DNA from: Cycas panzhihuaensis
Taxonomy: Eukaryota; Plantae; Cycadophyta
Direction of reading: 5' to 3'
Assembly: GCA_023213395.1 (NCBI GenBank)
Contig: CM041465.1
Coordinates: forward strand, 96,789,741 to 96,853,740
DNA: 64,000 nucleotides
The position numbers were made by a program, and so were the translations under genes. Positions 25,601-38,580 of the stretch are shown here, one piece after another (positions within the stretch are counted from its first letter, which is position 1; the number at the start of each line of letters is the position of its first letter). Under the pieces are notes generated by a model that was not told the origin of the DNA, made no database searches, and was given only the letters and a program-made list of their open reading frames with translations.

Positions 25601-27101
25601 TTGTTCCACTTCTTCTTCTACTTTTGTTTGTAGTTCTCTTATGAGTTTGCGGTGGAACCAATGCCTCATGAAGAGTACAAAGACTTGTACCATGAAGATG
25701 AAGCTCTGAAGGAAGGATTAGAGAACCTAGCGAAAGGAAGACCTTCCCGACTTGCTTGGAAGGATGGTCTACTTTTCAAAGGGAGCGACTCTATGTTCCA
25801 TAAAAAGGAGACAAGATCAAGTGGCTTAGAAGCCCATACTTCTAAAGTATGGTCACTTTGGTATAGAAGACTTTAGCAAATTTGAGAAGATATGTTGTAA
25901 GGTCAAAATGCAAAATGATGTAAAAAAATATGTAAAAGGATGTGTAATGTGTAATACTTCTAAGCCTTCTTCTAGAAAATTAGGATTGTATACACCACTA
26001 CCTATTACCACTAGGCCTTGGGAAAGTATCTCCATTGATTTTTTAGGGGGACTTCCCATGACTAGGAAGGGACATGATTATCTTTTTGTTGTTGTAGATA
26101 GGTTTAGTAAAATGATATGTCTAATACCTTGTAAGAAGACGATCACAGTGCAGGGAGGAGGTGAGTTATTCTTGGAGCATGTATGGAAGAATTTTGGCTT
26201 GCCTTCTTCCATCATTTCAGATCGGGACACTCGATTCCTTTCATCATTTTGGAAGTCACTATGGGAGATGATGGATACCAAATTGAAGAGGAGTACAAGT
26301 TTCCATCCTCAAACAGATGGACAAAGTAGTGAACAGAACTTTGGTATATCTATTGAGGGGATACAATTCCAAGCATCCAAAGACTTGGGATGAATCATTG
26401 GCTTTTCTACAATTTGCTTTTAATAGAGCAATGTATGCATCACACTCTAAAGCACCTTTTGAAGTTTGTTTGGGATACTTACCTCAAAGTCCATTTGACT
26501 TGGAGTTTTCCATGCAAGCTAAGGAAGGATCCGTCAAGAGAAGGAGGAGCATGACAAGGCTTTAAGATACTTGGAGAAGATCCAGAGAGTCCACAAAGAA
26601 GTACATGATCAACTTCTAAGGACTCAACAAAAGTACAAGGAAAGACATGACAAGCATAGGCAAGAGTGTACTTTCCAAGAAGGAGATTTAGTATGGTTAT
26701 ACTTGAGCAAGGAGAGGTTAAAAGGAGAAGGTAAGAAACTCAAACCTATAAGGTATGGACCATTCAAGATTTTGAGAAAAGTAGGTGGCAATGCTTTCCA
26801 ACTTGATCTTCCACCTTATATGCAAATATATTCAGTAGTAAATGCTGAATACTTAAAACTCTTTGAACCCTCCATGCTAGATGAGGAACAGGACCAGTTC
26901 ACTTTACCTTCAGTTGATGATTTGTATTTGGAAAGTGAGGAGCCTCTCAAGGAAGATTGTATCTTGGAGAGAAAATCTACCAAAACAAGACATAAGACAC
27001 ATGAATCTTTTAGTATTGGAGTAGCAGGGCAATTGCCTAGTAAGGCCAAGTGGTTTAGTAGGCAACAAAGAGAACAACACTCCCCCCATCTCCAATTCTA
27101 A
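22668..27101 (+). pseudogene. gag-pol of element F, broken by many small deletions
   Basis: Gag KLDIPTYDGEVNAEKLDHW; knuckle CEHCDISGHITAKC; [14 protein letters not shown] and VYLDDIL; RH DASG, DHKPL; INT PWESISIDF, FHPQTDGQ, YGPF. Confidence 0.93.
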
Positions 27102-27142
27102 GCCAAACAGGAGTTGGCTATTTTCCAAGGAAGGGGGAGCCA

Positions 27143-28195
27143 TGATCCGTGAGGATCTACCATATGTTTACGGGATGCGGAAAATGCTAGGCATTGGCAT
27201 AACTAAAGAGATATGGCCAAATGGTATCAAAATTCTATGAAATTTTGTTTAAAGGGATAAGACACATCTCACTAGATGTGTACAAAAGGTGGGGTTCAGA
27301 AAATATCATTTGATTAGAGTTCAAGCCTTGTCTTTGCATAAAAATTAATCCCACAGTTAGCAGAAAAAAATAGAAAATATATATTTTTATTATATGAATA
27401 GAAACATAGCCAAATGACATCCAAATGAGCTAAAATTTTGAGGAAGCGGAGGAGACATACGTTGTGATATGTGTACAAAATTTGAGCTGAATTGGAGTCC
27501 ATTAAGGTCAGTTACAAGCCGCAACATTTATGAATTGTATGAAGGCCACTTGGACAGCAGAAAAACAACAAATACATATTATTACTAAATGAATAAAAAT
27601 GTAGTCAAATGACATCCAAATGAGATGAAAATTTGAGGAAGATGAGGGGACATATGTTCCTATATGTGTACCAAATTTGAGCCAAATTGGAGTACGTTAA
27701 GATCTGTTACAAACTATAACTTGTTAAGAATTGTATGAAGGCCACTTGGACAACATGCATTCTGGTGGTTAGTGGTTATACTTGCATGATTGCCACTTGT
27801 TAAACATGCAATTTAGGTTTCTTTCTATAAATTGAGCCCTTATACAGGTTGGAGAGGTGGTTCTTGGAGACTTGACTTGGGAAGCATCCTTGGAGAAGCA
27901 TTTGGAGGGTTGGAATCCCCCTTATGGTATAATTGTAACATTTACTCCTTGTAATTTTACCATTCTTTTGCTAGTTAATTTCTCCACCATTAAATGGAGA
28001 TTTTCATGGCTTAATAAAAGTATTACTCATCATACTTTTGGATCAATGTCAAGAATAATTGATTTGGTGTAGAATTTTCCTTTCATGGGCTCATTGTTGT
28101 TTTGATGTTATTGAGCTTTCTACACTAACTCCCAGGATCTCAAGGAGGAAAGGTTGATAATTGATTTCTTCACCAACTAAGCTCTTTTGGGACCA
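27143..28195 (+). repeat. 3' LTR of element F
   Basis: Follows the PPT; followed by TSD tttca. Confidence 0.95.
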
Positions 28196-28210
28196 TTTCA
28201 AAAATAAAAT

Positions 28211-28430
28211 AATGAATTGGCAATATTTCAAGACAATGATGACCCCATGAATCATATAAGGAAGTGTGAATAAAATTAGAAAAGGAAGTAAATTTCAAAA
28301 TATGAATGGGTACAAAGATGGGCCTAGACTCTCAAAGGAATTCCATGTTTGTGGTATAACCTGTGTGAAAAAAAGGAAGTTGATAGAATGGGATTCACTA
28401 AATAAGAAGTTTTACAAAACTTTCTTGTAT
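28211..28430 (+). pseudogene. Extra capsid-like module 2 within Pol of element C
   Basis: IFQDNDDPMNHIRKCE...EWVQRWA*TLKGIPCLWYNLCEK/KLIEWDSLNKKFYKTF (one frameshift). Confidence 0.7.
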
Positions 28431-28639
28431 CATAACCATGATTTAGGGATTTTAGAAATAATGAGCACCTTTGAGATTAGAATTGAGTAGAGTTATAATC
28501 AAATTGAAGTGACAGTTAAGGATTGTGAATTTCCTGGTCAATATTTTGTATAGAATATGGAAATAAAATAATTGATCAAACACCAACATACAAGTTGAAT
28601 AAAGATGGAAAAATAGTGTAGAATGAATAATTAAAAATA

Positions 28640-31215
28640 TAACAAATAAATTTAGATGCAGAAGAATATCCCCAGATGATCTCAATAGGAAACTATTGGG
28701 ACAAGGATACATTTCAACAAGCCATAAATTTATTTTTAAATACAAAGATGTTTTTGCCTGGTCCTATCAAGATTTAAAAGGCATACCACCAGAATTAGGA
28801 CAATATCGAATTGAATTGATGGAAGGAATAAAGCTTATACATCAATGTACTTATTAGATGAATCCAAAATATAAGGAAAAAGTAAAGGTGGAATTAGATA
28901 AATTATTTAAAGTCAACTATATATTTGAGGTTGAGACTAGTGAATGGGTAAGTTTAGTGGTGGTGGTACCCAAAAAGAACGAGAAGCTTCATGTCTATAT
29001 GGATAATAGGGCCCTAAACAAATCAATAAAAAAAGATCTATTCCTAATACCATTTACAAAATATGTTTTGGAAAAGGTAGTAGGCCATGAAGTATATTCA
29101 TTCACAGATGGTTTTGTGGGTATAATCAAGTGAAAATCATAGAATAGGACCAACTAAAGATGACTTCTATCATAGAATAGGGAACACATATATACAAGGT
29201 TATGCCCTTTAGATTAATGAATGCACTAGCCACTTTTCAGAGAATAATCCTAAATATTTTTTGGCAAGCAATTGGTAAGCCAATTGAAGTATTTTTAGAT
29301 GATTAGACATCATATGCATTACTAAAAAATCATTTAGTGAATTTGAGATCAATGTTGGAAATGTGTCAAAAAAGTAAGCTCTATTTAATCCATCTAAATA
29401 CACATTCTTGGTTTCCTTTGGATCCCTCTTGGGGTATATTATAAGCAAGGATGGTCTACGAATAGACCTAGGTAAGGTAATAATAAATTTAAACTTTCTG
29501 ACACCAAGAATGATAAGGCAAGTAAAAGTTTTTCTTGGCATGACAGGTTGTTATCAAAAATTAATAAAGGGATATTCATAGATTGTAAATCCCTTAGAAA
29601 GTTTACTCAAGAAACAGATAGCTTAGAAATAAGAATTATAACAGCAATTAGCATTTGGTTTGTTAAAAAAAAAAAATCACAAAATCTCCTATTCTAAAGT
29701 TTCTAGATAGGAATCGACCATTCCATGTACATGTCGATACTTTGTTGATGGTAATTGGATGTGTTCTAATCCAACCTAGTTATAGTAACATAGACCTGCC
29801 TATCCATTTTCTTAGTAAGAAATTGACTCCTGCCACATAGAATTATTTTATCACTGAGTGGGAAGGCTTAGGCATGGTCTAGACCTTGTAGAAATTTAGA
29901 TATTATCTATTAGCCAAGCCATTTATTTTTTATATGGATTATCAAGCCCTAAAATATTTGATAAATAAACCCATTTTGCAAGGTAGAATTAGTAGATGGT
30001 TGATGTTGTTTCAAGAGTTTAATTTCAAAATTATCATTAAGAAAGGGGATAAACATATAGTACCGAACATGCTATTAAGAGAAGTAGATAGGGAACCAAC
30101 TATAAGAGCATCATATGACTTTCCTAACATACAATTATTTTTTATAGAAGCCATACCTAAATGGTATAAAGGGATTACTGAGTACCTGGCTACTGGACAG
30201 TCAACTAAAGGATCAGAATGAGTGAAACAACACAATTTTATTTGTAAAACTTTTCCCTTCCAATTGATACAAGGAATGCTATACAAGATGGGTTTAGATG
30301 GTATGCTAAGATGTTGTGTATTAGAGCACAAGGCATAGGGTATCTTATAGGAAGCACATGAAGGAGTTATGGCTAAGCATCAAGGTGTGGAACCCACAGT
30401 CTGAAAGATTTTGTTAGCAGGTTTTTGGTGGCCATTGATATTTGAAGATGTGGTAAAATAGACAAAGAGTTGCAATATTTGCCAACAGGTGGATAAGCCT
30501 AGTAAATGTCACTTTATACCTCTACATTTGATTCTAGCACAAGCACCCTTTGAGAAATAGGGTATGGATTTTATCAGATTGATAAGTCCTTTGGCAAAGT
30601 GTATGAAGGCCAGATACATATTAGTGACCACTAATTTTTTTACAAAATGGATAAAAGCTCAACCTTTAAGACTTTGTAATACAAGAAGTACCACAAAAAT
30701 TTTGTATGAAGACATTATTATCCATTTTGGTTATCCATTAGTGCTAGTATCAAATTAGGGTAGTAGTTTTTCCAATAGTACTATAAAGCATTTAACTAAT
30801 AAATTTATGATTCAACATTTTTAATCTTCTCCCTACTACCCTAGAGCTAATGGCTAGGTCGAAAGCACTAATAAAATTTTAAAGATAGCATGATCCAAGA
30901 TCTGAAATGAAGGAAGAATGGATTGGGCAAAATGACTACATTTTGTACTTTGGGTGGATCAGACAATAATTAAGTGACCACATAAATAAACACATTTTCA
31001 GTTGGTGTATGGGTTAGAAGTAGTACTTCCATTAGAGTTCCAAGTGGAAAGCTTTCAAATGGTAGTTTAACTATGGATGAATGAACAAAACTCATGGAAT
31101 AAGAGAATTATGGAGTTATTGAAGTTAGATAGAAAAAGGGCACAAGCACTGTAGGAAATAGAAATTCAAAAACAATAATGGAAGACTTCATATGATCAAC
31201 ACTTAAGAGTTTTTG
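28640..31215 (+). pseudogene. pol: RT-RH-INT relic of element C
   Basis: IGNYWDK...YKDVFAWSYQDLKGIP; MNPKYKEKVKVELDKL...SEWVS; DYQALKYLINKP..QGRISRW; INT GMDFI...YYPRANG*VE. INT C-terminus appears deleted. Confidence 0.9.
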
Positions 31216-31229
31216 GTAGAGGCAATTGC

Positions 31230-32720
31230 TAAGGTAATAGGGCTACCCAATGAAGGTTTGGATATTCCCAAGGATAAACAAATATCTAGGGAATAAGATG
31301 CATATGAAATTGTAATTAAGGAAAATACCTCAGGAATTTAGATTTTGAGAATTTCATCTAGAGAAATACACTAGATAACCCACTTTATATTTATGAGGAT
31401 TATTTTGGGATAGAAGAACTCATTTATGCCTACTCATTTGTGTACCATGTTGATTAAAGTTATGGAAGGCTAAAAATTTACTCAGGCCAAATTTATTGCT
31501 ACTAAATTCTTGAAGAATCTGGAAGTCATTAAAGGTGCTACATAATCTATTTTATTCTTCTATCCTACTCTATTTCAAGGTTTATTGTTTTCATAATGTC
31601 TAGGTATTTAATTACTAGAGATTGAGGAAGAAAAACCTCTTATGGCAAAATTGACTAAACTATATTTGAGGGAATGAGGATGAGGTTCTTTTCTACTAAC
31701 TCAACTACACAAATAAGTTAGTAATTGGCTTTATATATAGTAGCAAGCAAGCACTCCCCAGTCATGTTCCGTAAAAGGAGAGGAAATAGAGGAAAAACCA
31801 TGAGTAGAGACAATGGCATATGATCTAGTAGGGGCTTGGAATCAAAGAAAAAGAGAAGAAAGGAGTAGGAAAGCAAACTTAAAAGAAGGAAAATGAAAGA
31901 TAAAAGAAGAATCTACCATAGGGAAAGGGGAAGCAGAATAAGAATAGGAAAAGGAAAGAACAATTGAACCATTAAAATGTGAAGAGGGGGAGAGACAGAA
32001 AAAGAGAAAATTGGCAATGGAAAAGAGACGATAAGAAAATTTTAAAGCATTAAATAATCAAGCACTAGAAGTAGAATTCAGCTAATTTGAGAATTATTTG
32101 GAAGAATGTCTTGATCTAATGTGTTGTAACCGATAAGATGTCTCTCAATATAAGAATTCCTTCCTTGTGAGGGTGACAAGATAGCTTGTAACAGAGTTGG
32201 AGCATAGGAATTAAGACCTTTGCTAGATATACAAAGGATCTAGAAGCTTGAATAAATACTAGCAGTAACAGAAGCCTAGTTGAAGTTTTTAAAGGAATTC
32301 ATTTTGACTTGGATGAGAGACACATGAAATCACACCTAAAATTCATGCATTTAAAAATTGTTTCTATTAGGAAATCCCCTAAAGATTACATGAAGTAATA
32401 TATAAATTAGACATATGGATACTTGAGATAAAAGAAGATGCGAGACATGTGACTAAGTTTTGGACAAAGATATATCATCTACATCAAAATCTTTCAAGGA
32501 TGGAGTAAATGTACAATGAAGCAAAGGAAGAAGTTTTGAAGTTACACAAAGGGGAAAAACTAACATTGGAATAGTAAGATGCATTATGAGATGTCATGAT
32601 TCTTGTGGACCATTATTGATCATAGGGAATTCAAATTCCATTAATTGTTGTATGACCAGATATGAATTATAGCCATCAAATAATAAATTAGTTGTGCAAA
32701 GAGTTGAATGAAATGTGAAT
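31230..32720 (+). pseudogene. Accessory (env-position) ORF relic of element C
   Basis: TMLIKVMEG*KFTQAKFIATKFLKNL...FYPTLFQGLLFS*CLGI is homologous to ORF 63527-63736; followed by a charged linker and a helical tail. Confidence 0.6.
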
Positions 32721-32837
32721 AATTAAAAAATTATTATTGTTTTGGGGGAGGGGGGGAGGTGGGGGGGAGGAATACATTGAAAAAGTAATTTTTATGCAAA
32801 TAAGTAAGGGTACTTATTGATTTTGTGATGAGGGAGA

Positions 32838-33748
32838 TGTGTTGTGCAAAATAGGACACATAATTTTGAAAGGAAATTTGACTTTTGGATCACGAGTAGT
32901 TTATGGTTCAGGTTGTGATCATGAGCAGTTTGTGGTTCAGGTCATGATCACAAGTAGTTCATAGTTTAGACTATGATCATGAGCAATTTGTAGTTTAGGC
33001 CATGATCATAAGTAGATCATGGTTTGGGTTAGGATCACGAGCAGATCATGGTTTGGGTCATGATTGCGAGTAGATCATAGTTCAAGCTATGACTAGAAGT
33101 AGATCATGGTTCAGTTCAAGATCACACGCAGATTGTTGTTCAGGTTGAGATTATGAGAAGATCATAGTTTAGGTCAAGATTACTAGCAGATCATAGTTTA
33201 GGTCAAGATTGCTGGTAGATCATAGTTCGAGTTAAGATTACGAGTAGATTATAATTTGGTTGAGATTACGAGTAGATTGCAGTTCATGTTAAGATTACAA
33301 GCAAGTCACAGTTTAGGTCAAGATTACAAGTAAATCATAATTTGGTTAAGATTACAAGTAAATCATAGTCAATCACGAATTGATTATAGTCAAGAATGTA
33401 ATTGTAAACAAATTGTAATTAAGGACTTGAATGTATTTTAGAATACTGGTGAATCAACTGTTATTTTGGTTGTAATTAATGATAGTTGATTGGCAGTTAT
33501 GGATAAATGAGAGTGAAATAGGGAGGGCAAGCAACAATAATTTTGATGAGTACTTGGTATAATCTTGTCATTATAAGCTTGATTAGTTGTTAGCTTTTTG
33601 TGTACTATCAAGTCTACATCTAGTTGTGAGAGGACCGGACATAGTTCCTTATCTTAATGATATTATGTTTTATGTCAGATTAATATTCCTTGTGCTTTCC
33701 TTATTCATTGATAAATGTTTTGGTAGATAAATAGGTGCATGACACATA
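32838..33748 (+). repeat. 3' LTR of element C, with ~17 x 29-bp array at 32888-33377
   Basis: Follows the PPT; ends gacacata (CA decayed to TA); followed by gtgag. Confidence 0.9.
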
Positions 33749-36700
33749 GTGAGAGGTAGGGTATTTATCCCTAAAGGTGCCTTCTTATACCCATTGTACC
33801 CTTGGCATTTCCAAGGGACTAGCTCAAGAGCCTTGATGCATAATTTCTTGAGCATCTAGATGGGTATTATATTTACTAAGGAGTTGTTGTTTGCAATGGT
33901 CCTCTTCAAGGCAAAGTTTAGTGTTTTAATTATAATGGTGAAAGGGTAATACTAATGGAGTTATCTCTCACAAGTGGTTGGTAGATCATATAGATCAAAG
34001 GAAATGAGGGGTGGGCTAGGTGATGTACTCACTACATAAATATGGGCCTCATTTTTACCAAGAGCCTCTAAGAGAAGGGCTCATTAATCAGGGTAACTCT
34101 ACAAGACATCCATCATAGACATTCCTATAGATATGGTGTGAAGCTCCTTGATGATAAAGAAGGTCTTTCCCTTACCTATGGGTTAAGGAAGAGCCCTCCT
34201 AAAGTCATACTATTCCAGTCAAATATATATGGCTTTTGGGATGATTAGGATCTTAGTGGGGGGAGTCTCTTAAGGAGGTTATTATTACAAAGTAGATGCC
34301 TTACTAGCCTCCTTCTTCACTTGTGAATAGGTCACTGGATATACTTAAGTGGTCTCAAGCATGTGGATGACCCTCATACCCTTATAATTAGGGCATGCTG
34401 ATTTAGTTTGAGTTATAGGGCTTAAGGGAGATGATAAATCCATCGAGGCCTTACCCTTAGGTTGATTTGATGAAGAGGGAGGAGGGATGCCCTTACATTG
34501 AGATTAAGGGTAGTCCCTACCTTGATGATTTAAGGGTTGTGGTACTTAATTAGAGATATTATGATTAGGGAAGGGGTCTTTATGAATTAGTTATTTAAGG
34601 TTTGGTTTTAACATGGTTTGGGATGGGGGATCCCTTAGTAGATTAAGTTAAAGGTGTTAATTCCAACACTAGGAATCATCATAGGTGTACTAACCATGGA
34701 CGAAGCACTATTTCTTTTTAGGAGGAGGCATTGACCTCTTCTCTTATGCAGGCTCAAGGCCCTATTTTATTAGTGGCATGGTTTGGGTGGTTTGATGGAT
34801 TGGCCTATAATTTTATGCTTGGAGTTGTTGGTTGCTTTGGTTTTATGACAGTTGAAGACTTTAAGCCTTTTAGAACCCATTTAAAGGAACAAATGATAGA
34901 AGTGAAAGGGTCCAAGGCCTTGTTAGATGTATTGGTAGAAGACTAAGACAAGGGTTGTTGCCCCCTTTAGTTGCATCATGGAGGTAGTACCTCATGATGT
35001 AACGTGTTCCTATTAATCTTCTTGAGAGCAGCTTGGATCTCAATAGACTCTAGGGCCAAGCATTTAGTAATAACCAAATCACTTGTAGTCACTCCCATTT
35101 TGAAGACCTTGGCATTGACCTTAGGAAACAAGATATTTACAAAGATATCTCTCTTCAAATCCTTGGGCAACATGGCCTTCATGGAATGAAGAAGGTAATG
35201 GAAGTGATGGATGAAGTCTTGGTTGAGCTCATCTTACCCTTGTTTAAGTGAGAGGAGGGCTTTAACTCCACTCTTAAATGGTTTTGCAATGTCAAAATAG
35301 TTGATAAATAAGTCAACTAATTATTAGAAGTAGTTAATTAAGTGGGTTGGAAGGGGATTAAACCACTTGAGAGAATCTCCCTAGAGTGACTTAAGGAAGA
35401 GCTTTATCAAATGTAGTCATAAACCTAATAATTAATACATGCCATGGGAAATTCCCTAGCATGATCAATAGAGTCTTGGGATGAAGCACCATCAAATTTA
35501 AGCATTTCTAGTACATGAGGGGATAAATTAGTCTTTAAGGCCTCCATGGAAAGGGGGCTTAACATATAGTCTACAAAAGGACATATCCCTAGTTGGGTTA
35601 GATTGTTAGGAGGAGGATATATAGGTGGAGGATAATATCATGTTATGGCATAGGATAAATAAGGTAGAGGTATAAGATAGGAGGTATGCCCTTATTGGTA
35701 AGGGGTATATGAGGGCATGGGATAAGGGGTCCCTTCAAATTGATGGGGAAGGATCAAACCTTGATAAGGGTAAATAAGATATGGAGGTGGCTAAGGGTTA
35801 CTTGACCCCCCTTATATTCAGATAGAATAAGAGGGGGTAGCATAGGTCGTCACCCATTGGGTAATGGAAGTATGATAAGGTAGCATATAGGGTGCCACAA
35901 GGTCCCCTTAATGGGGAAAAGAGGATGGAATTGATTACATCGCATGGGAAATGGGATGCAGAAAGGGGTTTTACTCAAAAGTCTCTCCTGTAGGAGGAGC
36001 AACCCTATAGGGGTAGAAAGGATCCACCCCACAGGTAGGGAGGGGGTGAGAACCACTATGCCCCCATTATTATCATGTATAGTTGGGTGGGACAAAAGGT
36101 TAGTGATCCACTTGATATAGACAGGGGTGAATTGGCATTCCTTCTCCTTATCCTAAGTATCAGGGATGTGGGGGAATAGTTGGAATGATGGGAGAGACTA
36201 AGACCGTGTTAAGTTAGGGAATGGATATTTGAAATGGAGGGATTCTCATCATAGCCTGGGAGTGGGATTAGGCTTATGTAACTCCTTTGCTTGATAGGAT
36301 ACTTATGGAAATAAATGCCATAACCACCTCTTGAAAAGGGGGTATGGTTGTTTGAGTTAGAGTAGAGAGAGGGATTAATACAAAAGCTGACATTGTACTT
36401 AAGAGAAGCTAGTGGGCCCATCTTAGGGTTGTTTCTCTAGTCACTACTTCAAAATCAGCCCTTAAGGCCTCTATCATATCCCATGGAGGGGCATGGGTTT
36501 GGTTAGAAAGGGGAATATGCCTCCCTTGCTGGCTTAAATGAGTGGGAAAAGGAAATGGGATTTGTTCAGGATCTTAAATAAAGTCATGATGTGGGGGTCC
36601 CTAAATGATATAAGCATGGAGGAGTATTAAGCCCTAATAGAACTTGGTTAGGTCTTATTAATAGTGTGATGAATCACCACCTATATTGATGAGATCTTCA

Positions 36701-38580
36701 TAAGGTTATGGTGCCTCCAATAGAGGTGAATCCTAGGCATATGGATTATATGCCTAATTAGTAGGGTGGCCTACCATTGGTGACTCTTGGTCACTCAATG
36801 AAATAGGGCTATAGGTTGGATTGGAATCCAATGGAGGAAGACCTCGTAAGCAATGAGAGAAATGCCACATTCAGAGGTTAATCAATGTACTTGGATGGGT
36901 ACTATGGGAAGTAGGGTCCTTGCATAATACATAATAGACACCCTAAATAAATTAAAGGTAAGAGAAGGAAAATAAACCCTAAATATACTAAACACTTTCC
37001 AACTAGCGATTCTCTAGTATGGTCACTAGTGAAACACTCTAAAAGGCCAATGTGGTGGATTGATACCTCTTTTACCTACATCATAGGCTAACATACATCA
37101 TTCCCTTATGTCCCCACAGACACTCAAGTTGGCATCATAGGATTCTCCCACCATGATTTGACCTTACTTCTTAAAGAGTTATTAATAGAAGGGCCTATAA
37201 TGATATGTCCCAAGCTATTGGCCAATAATGGAGGGGGTTCTTGACCTCCTCTTCTTCCAGCAATAATATTAGTATCATGTAAGCAAATTTATTCTACTGA
37301 AAGACAACTATATGAGTACAAAATCTCAACTATGCCAAGCAAGCTTGAAAGCAAGTAAAAAAATATCAAGGACAATAAGTAAATGAGGGAAATGGAAGCC
37401 TCATAATGAATTTTGTCCCCTAAATATTAGTGGGTCCCTTAAGAGTACTTAGATGCCACCTTCCTCTTCACAATAATTAGACCTATGGCCAAATGAGGAT
37501 CAAAAGGAACAAAGAAATAAAAAGAATGCTCTAAAGATGAAAACATCAAAAGGAAAAGCAACCTACCAATTCACAAAAAGCATATCATGTAAATAAGAAG
37601 GAAAAATATCTATGAAACAAAATACTAATGCAAGGGAGAAAGGATTACCTATCCTAAATGGATGGAAGTGGCTAATGGCTATAAATGTTCCTCTCTAAGG
37701 GTCTCCAAAGCTAAGTGGTGTAATGCCTCCAAGAGGCAATAAACAATATAGAAGACTGTGGATTAAGATTATCAAATTCTAATGAAATTTTAATAGCATA
37801 ATAACATAGTATATGGTTTCTCTTGATACCCTCATCATCTTTCTAATGTAAAAATGAGGGGATTTTGAAGATGAATATAAAGTGTAAGGTGAGTGGTTTT
37901 CAGTCCACCATGCATGGAAAAACTATCAAACTAAAATCGTGAGTCTTGGTCATGTATTCATTCAAATTTACATGGGGATATGAAAATTTAGGTGAGATTT
38001 GGCCTCTTGGGCTACCTAAACCTAATGGATGCCAACCTAGGGCTAATGTAGACTAGCTAGGGCTTATAATATTTCATTAATAAGTTAACCATCATTAATA
38101 AACATGAATTTGGATAAGTTACTATCCTACAATGAAGTACTTTGTGATACTAATATTGCAAGCAAAATTACTAGTAGTTTAGAAACAAATGAAGTTTTCC
38201 AATAAAAAACACATGTAATCAAGCTAAAAACTCATCAATGAAGGGGGGTTAGGTGTGTATGAAATTAAAACTAGGCAACAAATGATAAAAAAGTAGATCT
38301 AGTGGATCAAAATAAGGCAAAGGGAGTGTTGTAAATGGAAACATGGCATCCATTCTAGCTTGAAGGGCTCAATTGGTAAACTAATGGCTATCAACCAAAG
38401 TCATACTTGTCATTGATTGTAAATGCATGAGTAAACAATCCATACAAATGAATAAAGGCATACAACCATTATCGAAAATCATGACAAAATAAATTAATAA
38501 GGTGTGAAAAGAGTAGCGAAGCATACTTATACTTACTTATGTGTCAAATTACCCATTTCATTTCTAAAAGGCAAGAAACA

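Larger units (their letters stand above)
21483..28195 (+). mobile_element. Element F: complete CRM-like Ty3/gypsy element, ~6.7 kb
   Basis: ~1054-bp LTRs with ~35 differences; perfect TSD tttca; PBS TGGTATC-GAGCC at 22542; PPT aaggaagggggag at 27127; CRM-type protease IIDPGSQKNLIS...PHPHPYPLGWI. Confidence 0.95.
11413..33748 (+). mobile_element. Element C: old, nearly full-length Athila-like (non-chromovirus) Ty3/gypsy element hosting E and F
   Basis: Paired LTRs; TSD atgag/gtgag; decayed PBS tagttctattgcc (cf. TGGCGCCGTTGCC) at 12329; PPT gatgagggaga at 32827; relics of gag, PR, RT, RH, INT and a 3' accessory ORF. Confidence 0.9.
11115..38580 (-). mobile_element. Element D: old copy of family A, in two pieces (~11115-11412 and 33754-38580), split by element C and 3'-truncated
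   Basis: Gag start MWHFSHCLRGLPP at ~36870; ORF 34976-35182 is homologous to A 624-923. The protease continues across the C insertion (11260-11412 matches I 57715-57870). 5' TG terminus at 38580. Left boundary approximate. Confidence 0.8.
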
